Positions 37,823 to 46,165 of a stretch of 64,000 nucleotides of DNA are shown piece after piece. The stretch's first letter is position 1, and each line of letters begins with the position of its first letter. The notes below the pieces were generated by a model, which saw only the letters and a list, made by a program, of their open reading frames with translations, had not been told where the DNA came from and searched no databases. A program made the position numbers and the translations under genes. The stretch lies in NCBI GenBank assembly GCA_963771325.1, contig CAVYTJ010000023.1, positions 11,963 to 75,962 of the forward strand. The letters are read 5' to 3'. The stretch comes from an uncultured delta proteobacterium (lineage in GTDB: Bacteria > Desulfobacterota > Binatia > Binatales > Binataceae).

Positions 37823-37918
37823 CTAGATCTTCTCGCACGCGAGTAAGAACGCGTAGCAAAGTCCGAGGCCGGCCAGACCGAGCAGGAACGTGGCTGGGAG
37901 CCAAATTGCAAGGTTCAT
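37823..37918 (-). CDS. 31-aa hydrophobic peptide, first ORF of the kdp transcript (hypothetical)
   Basis: ATG preceded by GGAGGAAACGAG. MNLAIWLPATFLLGLAGLGLCYAFLLACEKI forms a single TM helix. It ends 10 nt before kdpF. Confidence 0.4.
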   Translation of the reverse strand: MNLAIWLPATFLLGLAGLGLCYAFLLACEKI

Positions 37919-37941
37919 CTCGTTTCCTCCGCAATGGCAAG

Positions 37942-38067
37942 CCTAAACGCAAATTCCGTACCGCGAGGAAATCCTTCGAGATCGCAGACAAATCGGAACG
38001 ACTTCGCGAATCGTTCATGCGAACCCTGCTGCAAAAGGACCGACGCATTTCATTTTGAAATGCCCGC
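37942..38067 (-). promoter_or_regulatory. copy 2 of duplicated ~120-bp enhancer-promoter module
   Basis: Gap-free alignment to 31361..31485. Contains the perfect palindrome GCATTTCA-TTT-TGAAATGC (38045..38063) about 85-100 nt upstream of the -24 GG. Confidence 0.7.
37947..37964 (-). promoter_or_regulatory. sigma-54-like -24/-12 element upstream of the kdp operon (copy 2)
   Basis: Minus strand gcGGTACGGAATTTGCgt, with the same spacing as copy 1. It lies about 30 nt upstream of the first kdp-operon ATG. Confidence 0.5.
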
Positions 38068-38111
38068 GGATGATTGGGCCGAATGATTGGAGAGGATTGG
38101 AGCGTTTGACA

Positions 38112-38125
38112 AATGAACGTTCATT
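38112..38125 (+). promoter_or_regulatory. 14-bp perfect palindrome AATGAACGTTCATT (candidate TetR operator)
   Basis: Immediately follows a TTGACA hexamer (38106..38111), about 130 nt upstream of the tetR ATG. Confidence 0.45.
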
Positions 38126-38253
38126 CATTAGCGGTGATAGAGGAGCACTAGCGGACAAATCGCCTCGGGGCGCCGCGCTTTCGCCCGGCGCCGCGGCGGG
38201 ACGCCAACCTGACAACCTCTCCCCAAACTTCGCTCTCCAGGGGGATCGCAACG

Positions 38254-38895
38254 ATGGCCGAACCGCTCAGAAACCAGAACCAGGACGAGACGCTCGTGCG
38301 CGCGCGGCGCCAGCAAATCTTCGCCGCCGCTTGCCGGGTGCTCAAACACAAGTCGTTTCACGAGGCCACGGTAAAGGAGATCGCGCTGGAGGCAAGATTG
38401 GCCGCCGGCTCGATCTACGTCTACTTGCAGAGCAAGGACGACATCCTGCTCTTGCTGGCCGAATCGATGGTCGCGGAGCTGGCCGAGATGCTGCCGCAGA
38501 TCCGCGGCAAGAGCCGTGGCGAGCCGCGGCGCGAGCTGCTGGAGCTCATGCGCGCGGCGATCGACGTAATCGACCGCTACCGGGAGGCGTTTTGCGTGCT
38601 CAACCAGGAGGTGCGCTACTTGGCGCGCCGCCCCGAGTACCGCGTCGCGCTCAAACAGATCGTGGGCCGTTACACCTCGACAGTCGAGAACGTGCTCGAA
38701 CGCGGACGCAAGATGGGCGTGATTTTCTACGACGATCTGCGAAGCGTGGTCCAGGCGGTCCACATGCTGTGCTCGGGCTGGGCGATGGGCGCCGACTACC
38801 TGGGCAAGACCGACAAGGAAACTTACTGGCGGCAGGTCGCGGCGCTGGTAGAAGGCCGTTTCTTCGACGCTGGCAGGCGCGGCGCGGAAATCTGA
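38254..38895 (+). CDS. TetR/AcrR family transcriptional regulator
   Basis: N-terminal HTH RRQQIFAAACRVLKHKSFHEATVKEIALEARLAAGSIYVYLQSKDDIL. Confidence 0.9.
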   Translation: MAEPLRNQNQDETLVRARRQQIFAAACRVLKHKSFHEATVKEIALEARLAAGSIYVYLQSKDDILLLLAESMVAELAEMLPQIRGKSRGEPRRELLELMRAAIDVIDRYREAFCVLNQEVRYLARRPEYRVALKQIVGRYTSTVENVLERGRKMGVIFYDDLRSVVQAVHMLCSGWAMGADYLGKTDKETYWRQVAALVEGRFFDAGRRGAEI

Positions 38896-38898
38896 AAG

Positions 38899-39534
38899 GT
38901 GGTGCGGCTGAACATGGAAATTTACGACCGGCGCACACTCGAGGGCGTCTACAGCGTCCGGCAAAGCGCCGGCTTCATCATGAATTACCGCTACGCCGAA
39001 GAGCGGATGATGCGAATGATGGCCGGATGGATCGCGCTTACGCCGGAAATTCCGGTCAAGCTCGAGATGGCGCGCCAGGTCTACGAGTGCGCGCTGCACG
39101 CCGACGCGCTGGGCAAACGTCTGGGCGAGTTGCGCTCGCAGGCCCAGGTCTCGCGTCCGCCCAACGAGGCGTTCGTCACGTTCATGAACGCGATCGAGGA
39201 CAAGGAGCAGTGGGAGGACACGGTCGAGCGGATGGCCGGGATTTACCGCGTGCTCAAGCCGCACCTGGTGGCCCACTACAGCGCCCACGTCACCGCGGCC
39301 AACCCGGTCTACGAGCCGCCGACGCTCAGGATCCTCGCCCACCTGGTCGACGACGAAAAACGCCACATCGAGCGCGGCCTGGTTCTGCTCGACAACCTGC
39401 TCGACACGCCGGAGAAGCATCGCCGCGCCGCGAGTTGGCAAGCGCAACTTGACGAATTGCTCGCGGCCTCGGGCGGCGTCACCGGGATGGAACGCGATCG
39501 CGAGGAGCCGCTGCGGCTCGGGCGCAGCCGATAA
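38899..39534 (+). CDS. ferritin-like four-helix-bundle protein, hypothetical
   Basis: Helical protein with carboxylate/His motifs spaced as in di-iron bundles (YAEERMMRMMAGW, YECALHAD, VDDEKRHIERG). Lies 3 nt after tetR. Fold assignment is an inference. Confidence 0.55.
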   Translation: MVRLNMEIYDRRTLEGVYSVRQSAGFIMNYRYAEERMMRMMAGWIALTPEIPVKLEMARQVYECALHADALGKRLGELRSQAQVSRPPNEAFVTFMNAIEDKEQWEDTVERMAGIYRVLKPHLVAHYSAHVTAANPVYEPPTLRILAHLVDDEKRHIERGLVLLDNLLDTPEKHRRAASWQAQLDELLAASGGVTGMERDREEPLRLGRSR

Positions 39535-39563
39535 CGCTCACGAATGAAGCGCACGAAAAGCAG

Positions 39564-39968
39564 ATGAAGCCGCAAGTCAAAGTTCCGGAGCTTGCCGAAG
39601 CGATCGCTGCGCACGCGCGCGCAGTGCTCGCGGGTGACTCGGGCGCGGCCGAAGGCCACGTCGCACCGGCCGCCCTGGAAGCCTATCGCCGCGCGATGAA
39701 CGAGGCGATGCGCCAGGGGCCGTTCGATCGTCACGCGGCGCCGGGGCTGGCGCGCCTGGGCTCGCAGTACATCTCCAAGGTGCGTTTCGCGGGCGCGCGC
39801 GGCGGCGCGCTGATGCAGATCCGATGGACGCGCGACGGCGAGCGCCGCTGGCTAATCGCAGAAGCCGAGTATTTTCCACCCGGGCGCACGCCATGGACCG
39901 GAGTGGGACGCCCGCGTCCGGCGGCGTGGCCGGCGGCGAGCCCGAGGGTTGAAGGCGATGACGCGTGA
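39564..39968 (+). CDS. hypothetical protein B1 (paralog of 39984..40370)
   Basis: Shares ...RH....A..G..Y..K.R..GAR......Q.R.......W.I.EA.....GRT.WT with the next ORF. Confidence 0.55.
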   Translation: MKPQVKVPELAEAIAAHARAVLAGDSGAAEGHVAPAALEAYRRAMNEAMRQGPFDRHAAPGLARLGSQYISKVRFAGARGGALMQIRWTRDGERRWLIAEAEYFPPGRTPWTGVGRPRPAAWPAASPRVEGDDA

Positions 39969-39983
39969 CCGAGGAAATTTCTA

Positions 39984-40370
39984 ATGCCCGATCTCGGAGA
40001 TCGATCCAGCGTGATGGGGCCGCAGCCAATCGCGAAGCGTTTCGTGGTTCCGCCGGCGATGCTCGCGGCGGCCGATCATATTCTCGACCTGCTCGCGCAA
40101 GGCCGGCGCGCGGAACTCGAAACGCTCGTGGTCGCCAAGGCGGCGGGCGAGTTGCGCGAATTAATCGACGCGATCGCGCCCGGCGCGTACCAGCGGCACG
40201 AAATTATCGCGCACGCAAAGGCCGCCAACCACTATTTCGTCAAGGCGCGGCTTTACGGCGCGCGCGCCGCGCCCTTCACGCTCCAGCTTCGGCTGGGCGA
40301 GCGCGAGGGGCACTGGGTTATCTGGGAGGCGGTCAATCTCGCGGGCGGCCGCACCGCCTGGACCCGCTGA
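39984..40370 (+). CDS. hypothetical protein B2 (paralog of 39564..39968)
   Basis: YQRHEIIAHAKAANHYFVKARLYGARAAPFTLQLRLGEREGHWVIWEAVNLAGGRTAWT aligns to B1. Start uncertain. Confidence 0.55.
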   Translation: MPDLGDRSSVMGPQPIAKRFVVPPAMLAAADHILDLLAQGRRAELETLVVAKAAGELRELIDAIAPGAYQRHEIIAHAKAANHYFVKARLYGARAAPFTLQLRLGEREGHWVIWEAVNLAGGRTAWTR

Positions 40371-40431
40371 CAACGCGGTATCGGATTCGCAGTACTCGAT
40401 TCGACAGGATATTTCGAGAGGATATGCCGTC

Positions 40432-41232
40432 ATGCAGAAAATGATCGCGGTAGACCGGCTCGCGCGTCCCGACGAACACATCCTGGTCCCGGTCGAGCGC
40501 ATCCGCGAGGCACGGATCGACCAGGGACTACAGGCCAACAACGTGATGCCCTTCGAGGAGGACTTCCTCAAGGGGCGGCTGCATGGAATTGCCACCGGCG
40601 AGATGCAGGCGATGGAGGCGGCCGGGCGCACGCTGTTCGATTTTCCCGACGCGCCGTGGGATTTCCAGCTCGACATGGCGCGCCAGGTGTGGGACGAATC
40701 GCGCCACGCCGAGATTTTCGCCAAGCTGCTCGAGTACGTCGGCTCCTATATCGGTGAATTTCCCGAAAGCGAAATCCTGTGGTCGTGCACCCAGGTCGAC
40801 GACCCGGCCTGCCGCGTGGCCGGAATCAACCGCGGCCTGGAGGGACTCGCCTGCGACGTGTTCGAGCAGATCATCCGGATGGGACAGAAGATGGGCGACC
40901 CGATTATCGAGCGCGCCGTCGACTACGTACTGGCCGACGAAATCACGCACGTGCGGATGGGCTCGAAGTGGATGCGCAAGCTGACCGAGGGCGACCCGGA
41001 GCGGCTGCAACGCGCCCAACAATTCCAGGACAATATCGACGCGCTGTTCAATTTCGACGGCTTCCGCACCTCCAAGGAGGAAGCGCCGCAGGTGCCGCTG
41101 ATGCTGGGCAGCCAGCAGATTGATTTCGACGCGACGCTGACCATTTCGCGCGAGACGCGCCTGCTGGCCGGCTTCACCGACGAAGAGATCGATCGCCTGA
41201 TGAAGGCCGCCGCGCGCAGTTCCGCCTACTGA
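40432..41232 (+). CDS. DUF455-type ferritin-like (putative di-iron) protein, copy 1
   Basis: Four motifs in DUF455 order: GEMQAMEAAGR, WDESRHAEIF, NRGLEGLACDVF, ADEITHVRMGSKWM. Confidence 0.75.
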   Translation: MQKMIAVDRLARPDEHILVPVERIREARIDQGLQANNVMPFEEDFLKGRLHGIATGEMQAMEAAGRTLFDFPDAPWDFQLDMARQVWDESRHAEIFAKLLEYVGSYIGEFPESEILWSCTQVDDPACRVAGINRGLEGLACDVFEQIIRMGQKMGDPIIERAVDYVLADEITHVRMGSKWMRKLTEGDPERLQRAQQFQDNIDALFNFDGFRTSKEEAPQVPLMLGSQQIDFDATLTISRETRLLAGFTDEEIDRLMKAAARSSAY

Positions 41233-41289
41233 ACGCTGGCGGCAGGCACGAGACTTGGAATATCGAACCAGGGAAAGGACTCGACCGCG

Positions 41290-42054
41290 ATGCAGAAAAT
41301 GATTCCCGCCGATCGCCTCGCCCGCCCCGACAACTTCGTCCTGCTGCGCGCGCGCAAGATGCGCGAAATTCGCGAGGAGCAGGGCCTCGACGATCGCGTG
41401 CTGCCTTTCGACGAGGAAGCGCTGCGGGTGCGCCTGCACGGCATCTTTGCCGGCGAGTTGCAGGCGATGGAGGCCGCGGGACGCACGCTGTTCGACTTTC
41501 CCGACGCGCCGTGGGAGTTCCAGCTCGACATGGCGCGCCAGGTCTGGGACGAGTCGCGGCATAGCGAAATTTTCATGCGCCTGCTGCAGTACATGGGCGC
41601 CGAGCCGGGCGACTATCCTGAAACCGAAATCCTGTGGCGTTGCACCCAGGCCGACGATCCCGCGGCCCGCGTGGCCGGGATCAACCGCGGCCTGGAGGGA
41701 CTCGCCTGCGACGTCTTCGACCAGTTAATCCGGATCGCGCAGAAAAACGGCGACGAGATTATCGAGCGCGCCGTCGACTACGTGCTGGCCGACGAGATCA
41801 CTCACGTGCGGATGGGCTCGAAGTGGATGCGCAAGCTGACCGAGGGCGACCCCGAGCGGCTAAGGCGCGCGCAAGAGTTCCAGGACAGCGTCGACGACCT
41901 GTTCAATGCGCGCGGCGCGCGCAAGGCGATCGACGATGTCGGGGCAAACTCGCAGACCATCACGATCGCGCGCGAGGCGCGCCTGCTGGCCGGCTTCACG
42001 GAAGAGGAAATCGACCGCCTGATCGCGGCCGCTCGCGCGAGCGCCGCTTACTGA
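41290..42054 (+). CDS. DUF455-type ferritin-like (putative di-iron) protein, copy 2
   Basis: Tandem paralog of 40432..41232 with the same four motifs. Both start MQKMI..DRLARPD. Confidence 0.75.
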   Translation: MQKMIPADRLARPDNFVLLRARKMREIREEQGLDDRVLPFDEEALRVRLHGIFAGELQAMEAAGRTLFDFPDAPWEFQLDMARQVWDESRHSEIFMRLLQYMGAEPGDYPETEILWRCTQADDPAARVAGINRGLEGLACDVFDQLIRIAQKNGDEIIERAVDYVLADEITHVRMGSKWMRKLTEGDPERLRRAQEFQDSVDDLFNARGARKAIDDVGANSQTITIAREARLLAGFTEEEIDRLIAAARASAAY

Positions 42055-42124
42055 CGCACCTGTTGCGTTCGCGATCCGGATGCCGCGGTGGAAAGCGCCG
42101 CGCCAATCGCGATACAAACCCATC

Positions 42125-43276
42125 ATGGCGGCGATCAATCATGCGCGTCTAAAACAACTGTTCCTGGAAATCGTCCAGATCGACTCGCTCTCGCGCCGCG
42201 AACGCGACGTCGCGCTCCGGCTCGTGCGCGAACTGGAAAGCGCGGGCCTTCGATGCCGCTTCGACGGCGCCGCCGAAAAAGTCCACGGCAACTGCGGCAA
42301 CCTGATCGGCCAGCTCGACGCCACCCGCGAGGGCGTGGCGCCACTGCTTTTGTGCGCGCACATGGACACCGTCGTTCCGGGCGAAGGCGTGAAGCCCGTG
42401 GTCGACGGCGACATCATCCGCACCGACGGCACCACCGTGCTTGGCGGTGACGACAAATCGGGATGCGCGATTATCTGCGAGGTGCTTCATCAACTGCGCG
42501 AGCAAAACGTCGCGCACGGACCGATCGACGTCGTATTCACCGTGTGCGAAGAAATTGGCCTGCAGGGCGCGCGCAACCTCGACCTCGGCCTGCTGCGCGC
42601 GCGCGAGGGGCTGGTCTTCGACAGCGACTCGCCCGGCTACCTGTTCGTGCGCGCGGCCGGCGCGCAGGGCCTGCGTTTCACCGTGCGCGGGCTCGAAGCG
42701 CATGCCGGAATGGCGCCGGAGCGCGGGCTTTCAGCGATCAAGATCGCGGCCGAGGCGATCGCCGCGATGCGCCTGGGACGAATCGACGACGAGACCACCG
42801 CCAACCTCGGCACGATCCAGGGCGGCCGCGCGGGCAACATCGTGCCCAACGAGGTCGTGGTGCGGGGCGAGGCGCGCTCGAACGATCCGCTCAAGCTGAC
42901 CGCGCAAGTCGAACATATGATCGGATGCTTCAAGGATGCGGTGGCCCGCTCCGCGGTCACGGTGGACGGCAAAGTGGTGCAGGCAGAGCTGGAATACCGC
43001 AGCGTGCCCTCCTACGGCGCGATGAACGTGCCGGAGGACGCGCCGATCGTGCGCAAGGTGATCGAGGCCGCGCGGCGGCTGGGCCGCGAGGTCACCCCGC
43101 ATGCGACCGGCGGCGGATGCGACGCCAACATCTTCAATCAGCGCGGACTGGTGGTCGCCAACCTGGGCACCGGCATGCGCGACATCCATACGGTGCGCGA
43201 GTGGCTCGACGTGCGCGACATGACCGCGACCGCCGAAGTGACGCTCGAGTTGATCAAGCTGCACGCCGGCGCGTAG
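42125..43276 (+). CDS. M20/M25/M40 family metallopeptidase (PepT-like)
   Basis: LLCAHMDTV...GGDDKSG...TVCEEIGLQGA...ANLGTIQGG...GGGCDANIF, typical of M20 peptidases. Start set at MAAINH. Confidence 0.85.
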   Translation: MAAINHARLKQLFLEIVQIDSLSRRERDVALRLVRELESAGLRCRFDGAAEKVHGNCGNLIGQLDATREGVAPLLLCAHMDTVVPGEGVKPVVDGDIIRTDGTTVLGGDDKSGCAIICEVLHQLREQNVAHGPIDVVFTVCEEIGLQGARNLDLGLLRAREGLVFDSDSPGYLFVRAAGAQGLRFTVRGLEAHAGMAPERGLSAIKIAAEAIAAMRLGRIDDETTANLGTIQGGRAGNIVPNEVVVRGEARSNDPLKLTAQVEHMIGCFKDAVARSAVTVDGKVVQAELEYRSVPSYGAMNVPEDAPIVRKVIEAARRLGREVTPHATGGGCDANIFNQRGLVVANLGTGMRDIHTVREWLDVRDMTATAEVTLELIKLHAGA

Positions 43277-43301
43277 CTGCGCGCCCGACGCGGCCGAATC
43301 C

Positions 43302-43346
43302 GTGGGCGCAGGTCCCGCGCGCGTAACGCGCGGGACCTGCGCCCAC
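43302..43346. terminator. perfect 20-bp-stem hairpin (bidirectional terminator candidate)
   Basis: gtgggcgcaggtcccgcgcg-cgtaa-cgcgcgggacctgcgcccac, between the convergent M20 peptidase and ftsZ genes. Confidence 0.6.
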
Positions 43347-43407
43347 GAAGCCGCGCCCGAAGGGAACGACCGCTGCGCCCGCTTTGGCGGGCGCGGCGGC
43401 CGTTGTT

Positions 43408-43456
43408 GGTTCGCGGGCTTTGCCGCGCGCGTCGCGCGCGGCAAAGCCCGCGAACC
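43408..43456. repeat. perfect 23-bp-arm palindrome
   Basis: ggttcgcgggctttgccgcgcgc-gtc-gcgcgcggcaaagcccgcgaacc. Confidence 0.85.
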
Positions 43457-43468
43457 GGGCCGAACAGA

Positions 43469-43510
43469 GAAGCGGATACGTGCCCCGCGCGCGGGTCGCG
43501 CATCCGCTTC
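43469..43510. repeat. imperfect GC-rich hairpin
   Basis: gaagcggat...atccgcttc outer 9-bp stem with a partly paired GC-rich interior. Confidence 0.6.
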
Positions 43511-43528
43511 GTTTCGTTGCGGAGCAGA

Positions 43529-43558
43529 CGCCGGCGCGCCCGCGCGGGCGCGCCGGCG
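43529..43558. repeat. perfect 28-30-nt GC palindrome
   Basis: gccggcgcgccc-gcgc-gggcgcgccggc. Confidence 0.85.
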
Positions 43559-43593
43559 CCGCTCTCGCGGCTCCCCCGTCCTCGCCTTCCCGG

Positions 43594-44871
43594 CTACTCC
43601 AGGTGCTTGCGCAGGAAGGTCGGGATATCGAGCTTGTCGTCCTGCTCGCCTAGTTCGCTCGGCTCGGATCGCTCCAGCGCATGAGGATCAGCGCCGCGCC
43701 GCTTGAAGGCCGGGATGTCGAGCCCGTCATCGACGATCATCCCCATGCGGCGCACCGGCTTGCCGCCGAACATGCGCTGCTGCGGCGGCGGAGGCGGCAG
43801 CGTCGGTGCCGTGGGCTGCACGGTTGCGGGATCGACAGGCCGCGTGGCGGCCGCCTGGATCGGCGCCGTGATGGGCGCGCCCGAGGACGAATAACGCGGG
43901 TTGTAGCGCGTCGCCAGATCGCCGAAGCCGGTCGCAATTACCGTGATCCGAATCTCGTCGGCCAGCCGCTCGTCGATCACCGCGCCGAAGATGATGTTGG
44001 CGTCCTCGTGCGCCTCTTCCTGGATCAGGCTCGCCGCTTCCGTCACTTCATAGAGCGACATGTCGGTGCCGCCCGTGACGTTGATCAGGAGCCCGCGCGC
44101 GCCCTTGATTGAGACGTCCTCCAGCAGCGGGCTCGAGATTGCGCGTTGCGCCGCCTCGACCGCGCGGTTTTCGCCGGTCGCGCTCGCCGCACCCATCATC
44201 GCGAGGCCCATCTCGGCCATGATCGAGCGCACGTCGGCGAAGTCCAGGTTGATCAGTCCATGGACGGTGACCAGCTCCGAGATGCCGCGCACGGCCTGGA
44301 GCAGGACGTCGTCGGCCTTCTGGAAGGCCTCGCGCAGCGACGTGGTGCGGCTCGCGATCGAGAGCAGGCGCTGGTTGGGAATCGTGATCAGCGTGTCGAC
44401 CGCGTCCTTCAGCTCGCGCAACCCCTCGTCGGCCTGCGACATCCGGCGGCTGCCCTCGAACTGAAACGGCTTGGTGACCACGCCGACCGTCAAGGCCCCA
44501 GTCTCGCGCGCGATGCGCGCAAGGACCGGCGCCGAGCCGGTGCCCGTGCCGCCGCCCATCCCGGCGGTGACGAACACCATCTCGGCGTCTTTCAGCACCT
44601 CGCGCAGCCGCTCCTCGTCCTCGAGCGCGGCCTTGCGCCCGATCTCGGGATTGCCGCCGGTGCCGCGCCCGCGCGTCAGCACCGAACCGATCTGCATGCG
44701 CATCGGCGCGGTGTTATTGGCCAGCGCCTGGCTGTCGGTGTTGACGGCGATGAAGTCGACACCGTGCAACCCCTGCTTGATCATATGGCTGACCGCGTTG
44801 CCGCCGCATCCGCCCGCTCCGATGACTTTTATCCGCGCCCCCGGATCCGGGGTATCCACTAACTCGATCAT
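43594..44871 (-). CDS. ftsZ: cell division GTPase FtsZ
   Basis: GGGTGTG tubulin signature, NTDSQAL, C-terminal DIPAFKRR...DIPTFLRK peptide. Confidence 0.97.
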   Translation of the reverse strand: MIELVDTPDPGARIKVIGAGGCGGNAVSHMIKQGLHGVDFIAVNTDSQALANNTAPMRMQIGSVLTRGRGTGGNPEIGRKAALEDEERLREVLKDAEMVFVTAGMGGGTGTGSAPVLARIARETGALTVGVVTKPFQFEGSRRMSQADEGLRELKDAVDTLITIPNQRLLSIASRTTSLREAFQKADDVLLQAVRGISELVTVHGLINLDFADVRSIMAEMGLAMMGAASATGENRAVEAAQRAISSPLLEDVSIKGARGLLINVTGGTDMSLYEVTEAASLIQEEAHEDANIIFGAVIDERLADEIRITVIATGFGDLATRYNPRYSSSGAPITAPIQAAATRPVDPATVQPTAPTLPPPPPQQRMFGGKPVRRMGMIVDDGLDIPAFKRRGADPHALERSEPSELGEQDDKLDIPTFLRKHLE

Positions 44872-44941
44872 GACTCAGCCTCCTCCACCATTGCGCGGCA
44901 CTCAGCGGTTCGCTGAAAGCCTGTTTGCCATCCCCATCGCT

Positions 44942-46165
44942 CTAGAAGAAATCTCTCATCCAATCCGAAACGAGCAAGCGCAGCCGTCCCAGCCGCCCTC
45001 CCCGCATCGTTCCATTACTGGTCACACCGGTCGCGCCCGCCGCATGCAGCAATAGTCCCGCCGCGGTCGTGTACGCGGGCTTCATCAGTTCCTCGGGCAT
45101 GCCCTTCAAATTGATCGGCAGGCCACGGCGCACCGGCAGCGAAAATATCCGTTCGGCCAATTCCTGCGTGCCCTCGAGCAGCGACGAGCCGCCGACCAGC
45201 ACCAGGCCCGAGGCGAGACTGTCGGCGACGCCCGAGCGCATCACCTCGCGCTGCGCCATCGCAAAGATCTCCTCCATGCGCGGCTCGATGATCTCGCCGA
45301 GAATCCGGCGCGCGATCACTCGCGGCTGACGGCCACCAACTCCGGGCACCTGCACGGTCTGATCGCGTCCGACGATGGAATTGGTCGCCACGCCATAGCT
45401 GAGCTTCAGCCGCTCGGCCTCGTTAAGCGGCGTGCGCAAGCCCGCGGCGACGTCACTCGTCAAATGATTGCCGCCGAGCGGCAGCACCGCGGTATGCATC
45501 GCCGCGCCGCCGTGAAACACCACGATGTCGGTGGTGCCGCCGCCGATGTCGAGCAGCGCCACGCCCAGCTCGCGCTCTTCGGGAAACAACGCCGCGTCGG
45601 CCGAGGCGAGCGGCTCAAAGACAATCTCCAGCGGCGTGATGTTGGCGCGCTCGCAGCACTTGGTCAGGTTCTGGCCGTAGCTCTGCGCCGCGGTGACGAT
45701 ATGGATGCGCGCCTCCAGGCGAACTCCGGCCATCCCGACCGGATCGCGCACGCCCTCCTGGTCGTCGACCGCGAACTGCTGCGGCAGGATGTGCAGGACC
45801 TGGCGGTCGAGCGGAATTGCGACCGCCCGGGCCGCGTCGATCACGCGCTCGACGTCGCGCGCGCTGACCTCGCCGCCGCGCACCGCGACGATACCGTGGC
45901 TGTTGAGCCCGCGCACGTGCGCGCCGGCCTCACCCACCACCGCCGCGCCCACCCGCACGCCCGAGGTTTTCTCGGCCTCGGTCACGGCGGCGCGAATCGC
46001 GTCGACCGTGGCCTCGATATTCACGACCACGCCCTTGCGCAGGCCCGTGCAGGGCGCCACGCCAAAGCCGAGCACGGTCGCGCCGCCGCCCTCGGGCAGC
46101 GACTCGGCGACGAGCGCGCAAACCTTGCTCGTTCCGACGTCCAATGCGGTCAGCACGTTTCTCAT
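44942..46165 (-). CDS. ftsA: cell division protein FtsA
   Basis: Actin-like ATPase motifs (ALDVGTSKV, DIGGGTTD); dcw position. Confidence 0.95.
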   Translation of the reverse strand: MRNVLTALDVGTSKVCALVAESLPEGGGATVLGFGVAPCTGLRKGVVVNIEATVDAIRAAVTEAEKTSGVRVGAAVVGEAGAHVRGLNSHGIVAVRGGEVSARDVERVIDAARAVAIPLDRQVLHILPQQFAVDDQEGVRDPVGMAGVRLEARIHIVTAAQSYGQNLTKCCERANITPLEIVFEPLASADAALFPEERELGVALLDIGGGTTDIVVFHGGAAMHTAVLPLGGNHLTSDVAAGLRTPLNEAERLKLSYGVATNSIVGRDQTVQVPGVGGRQPRVIARRILGEIIEPRMEEIFAMAQREVMRSGVADSLASGLVLVGGSSLLEGTQELAERIFSLPVRRGLPINLKGMPEELMKPAYTTAAGLLLHAAGATGVTSNGTMRGGRLGRLRLLVSDWMRDFF

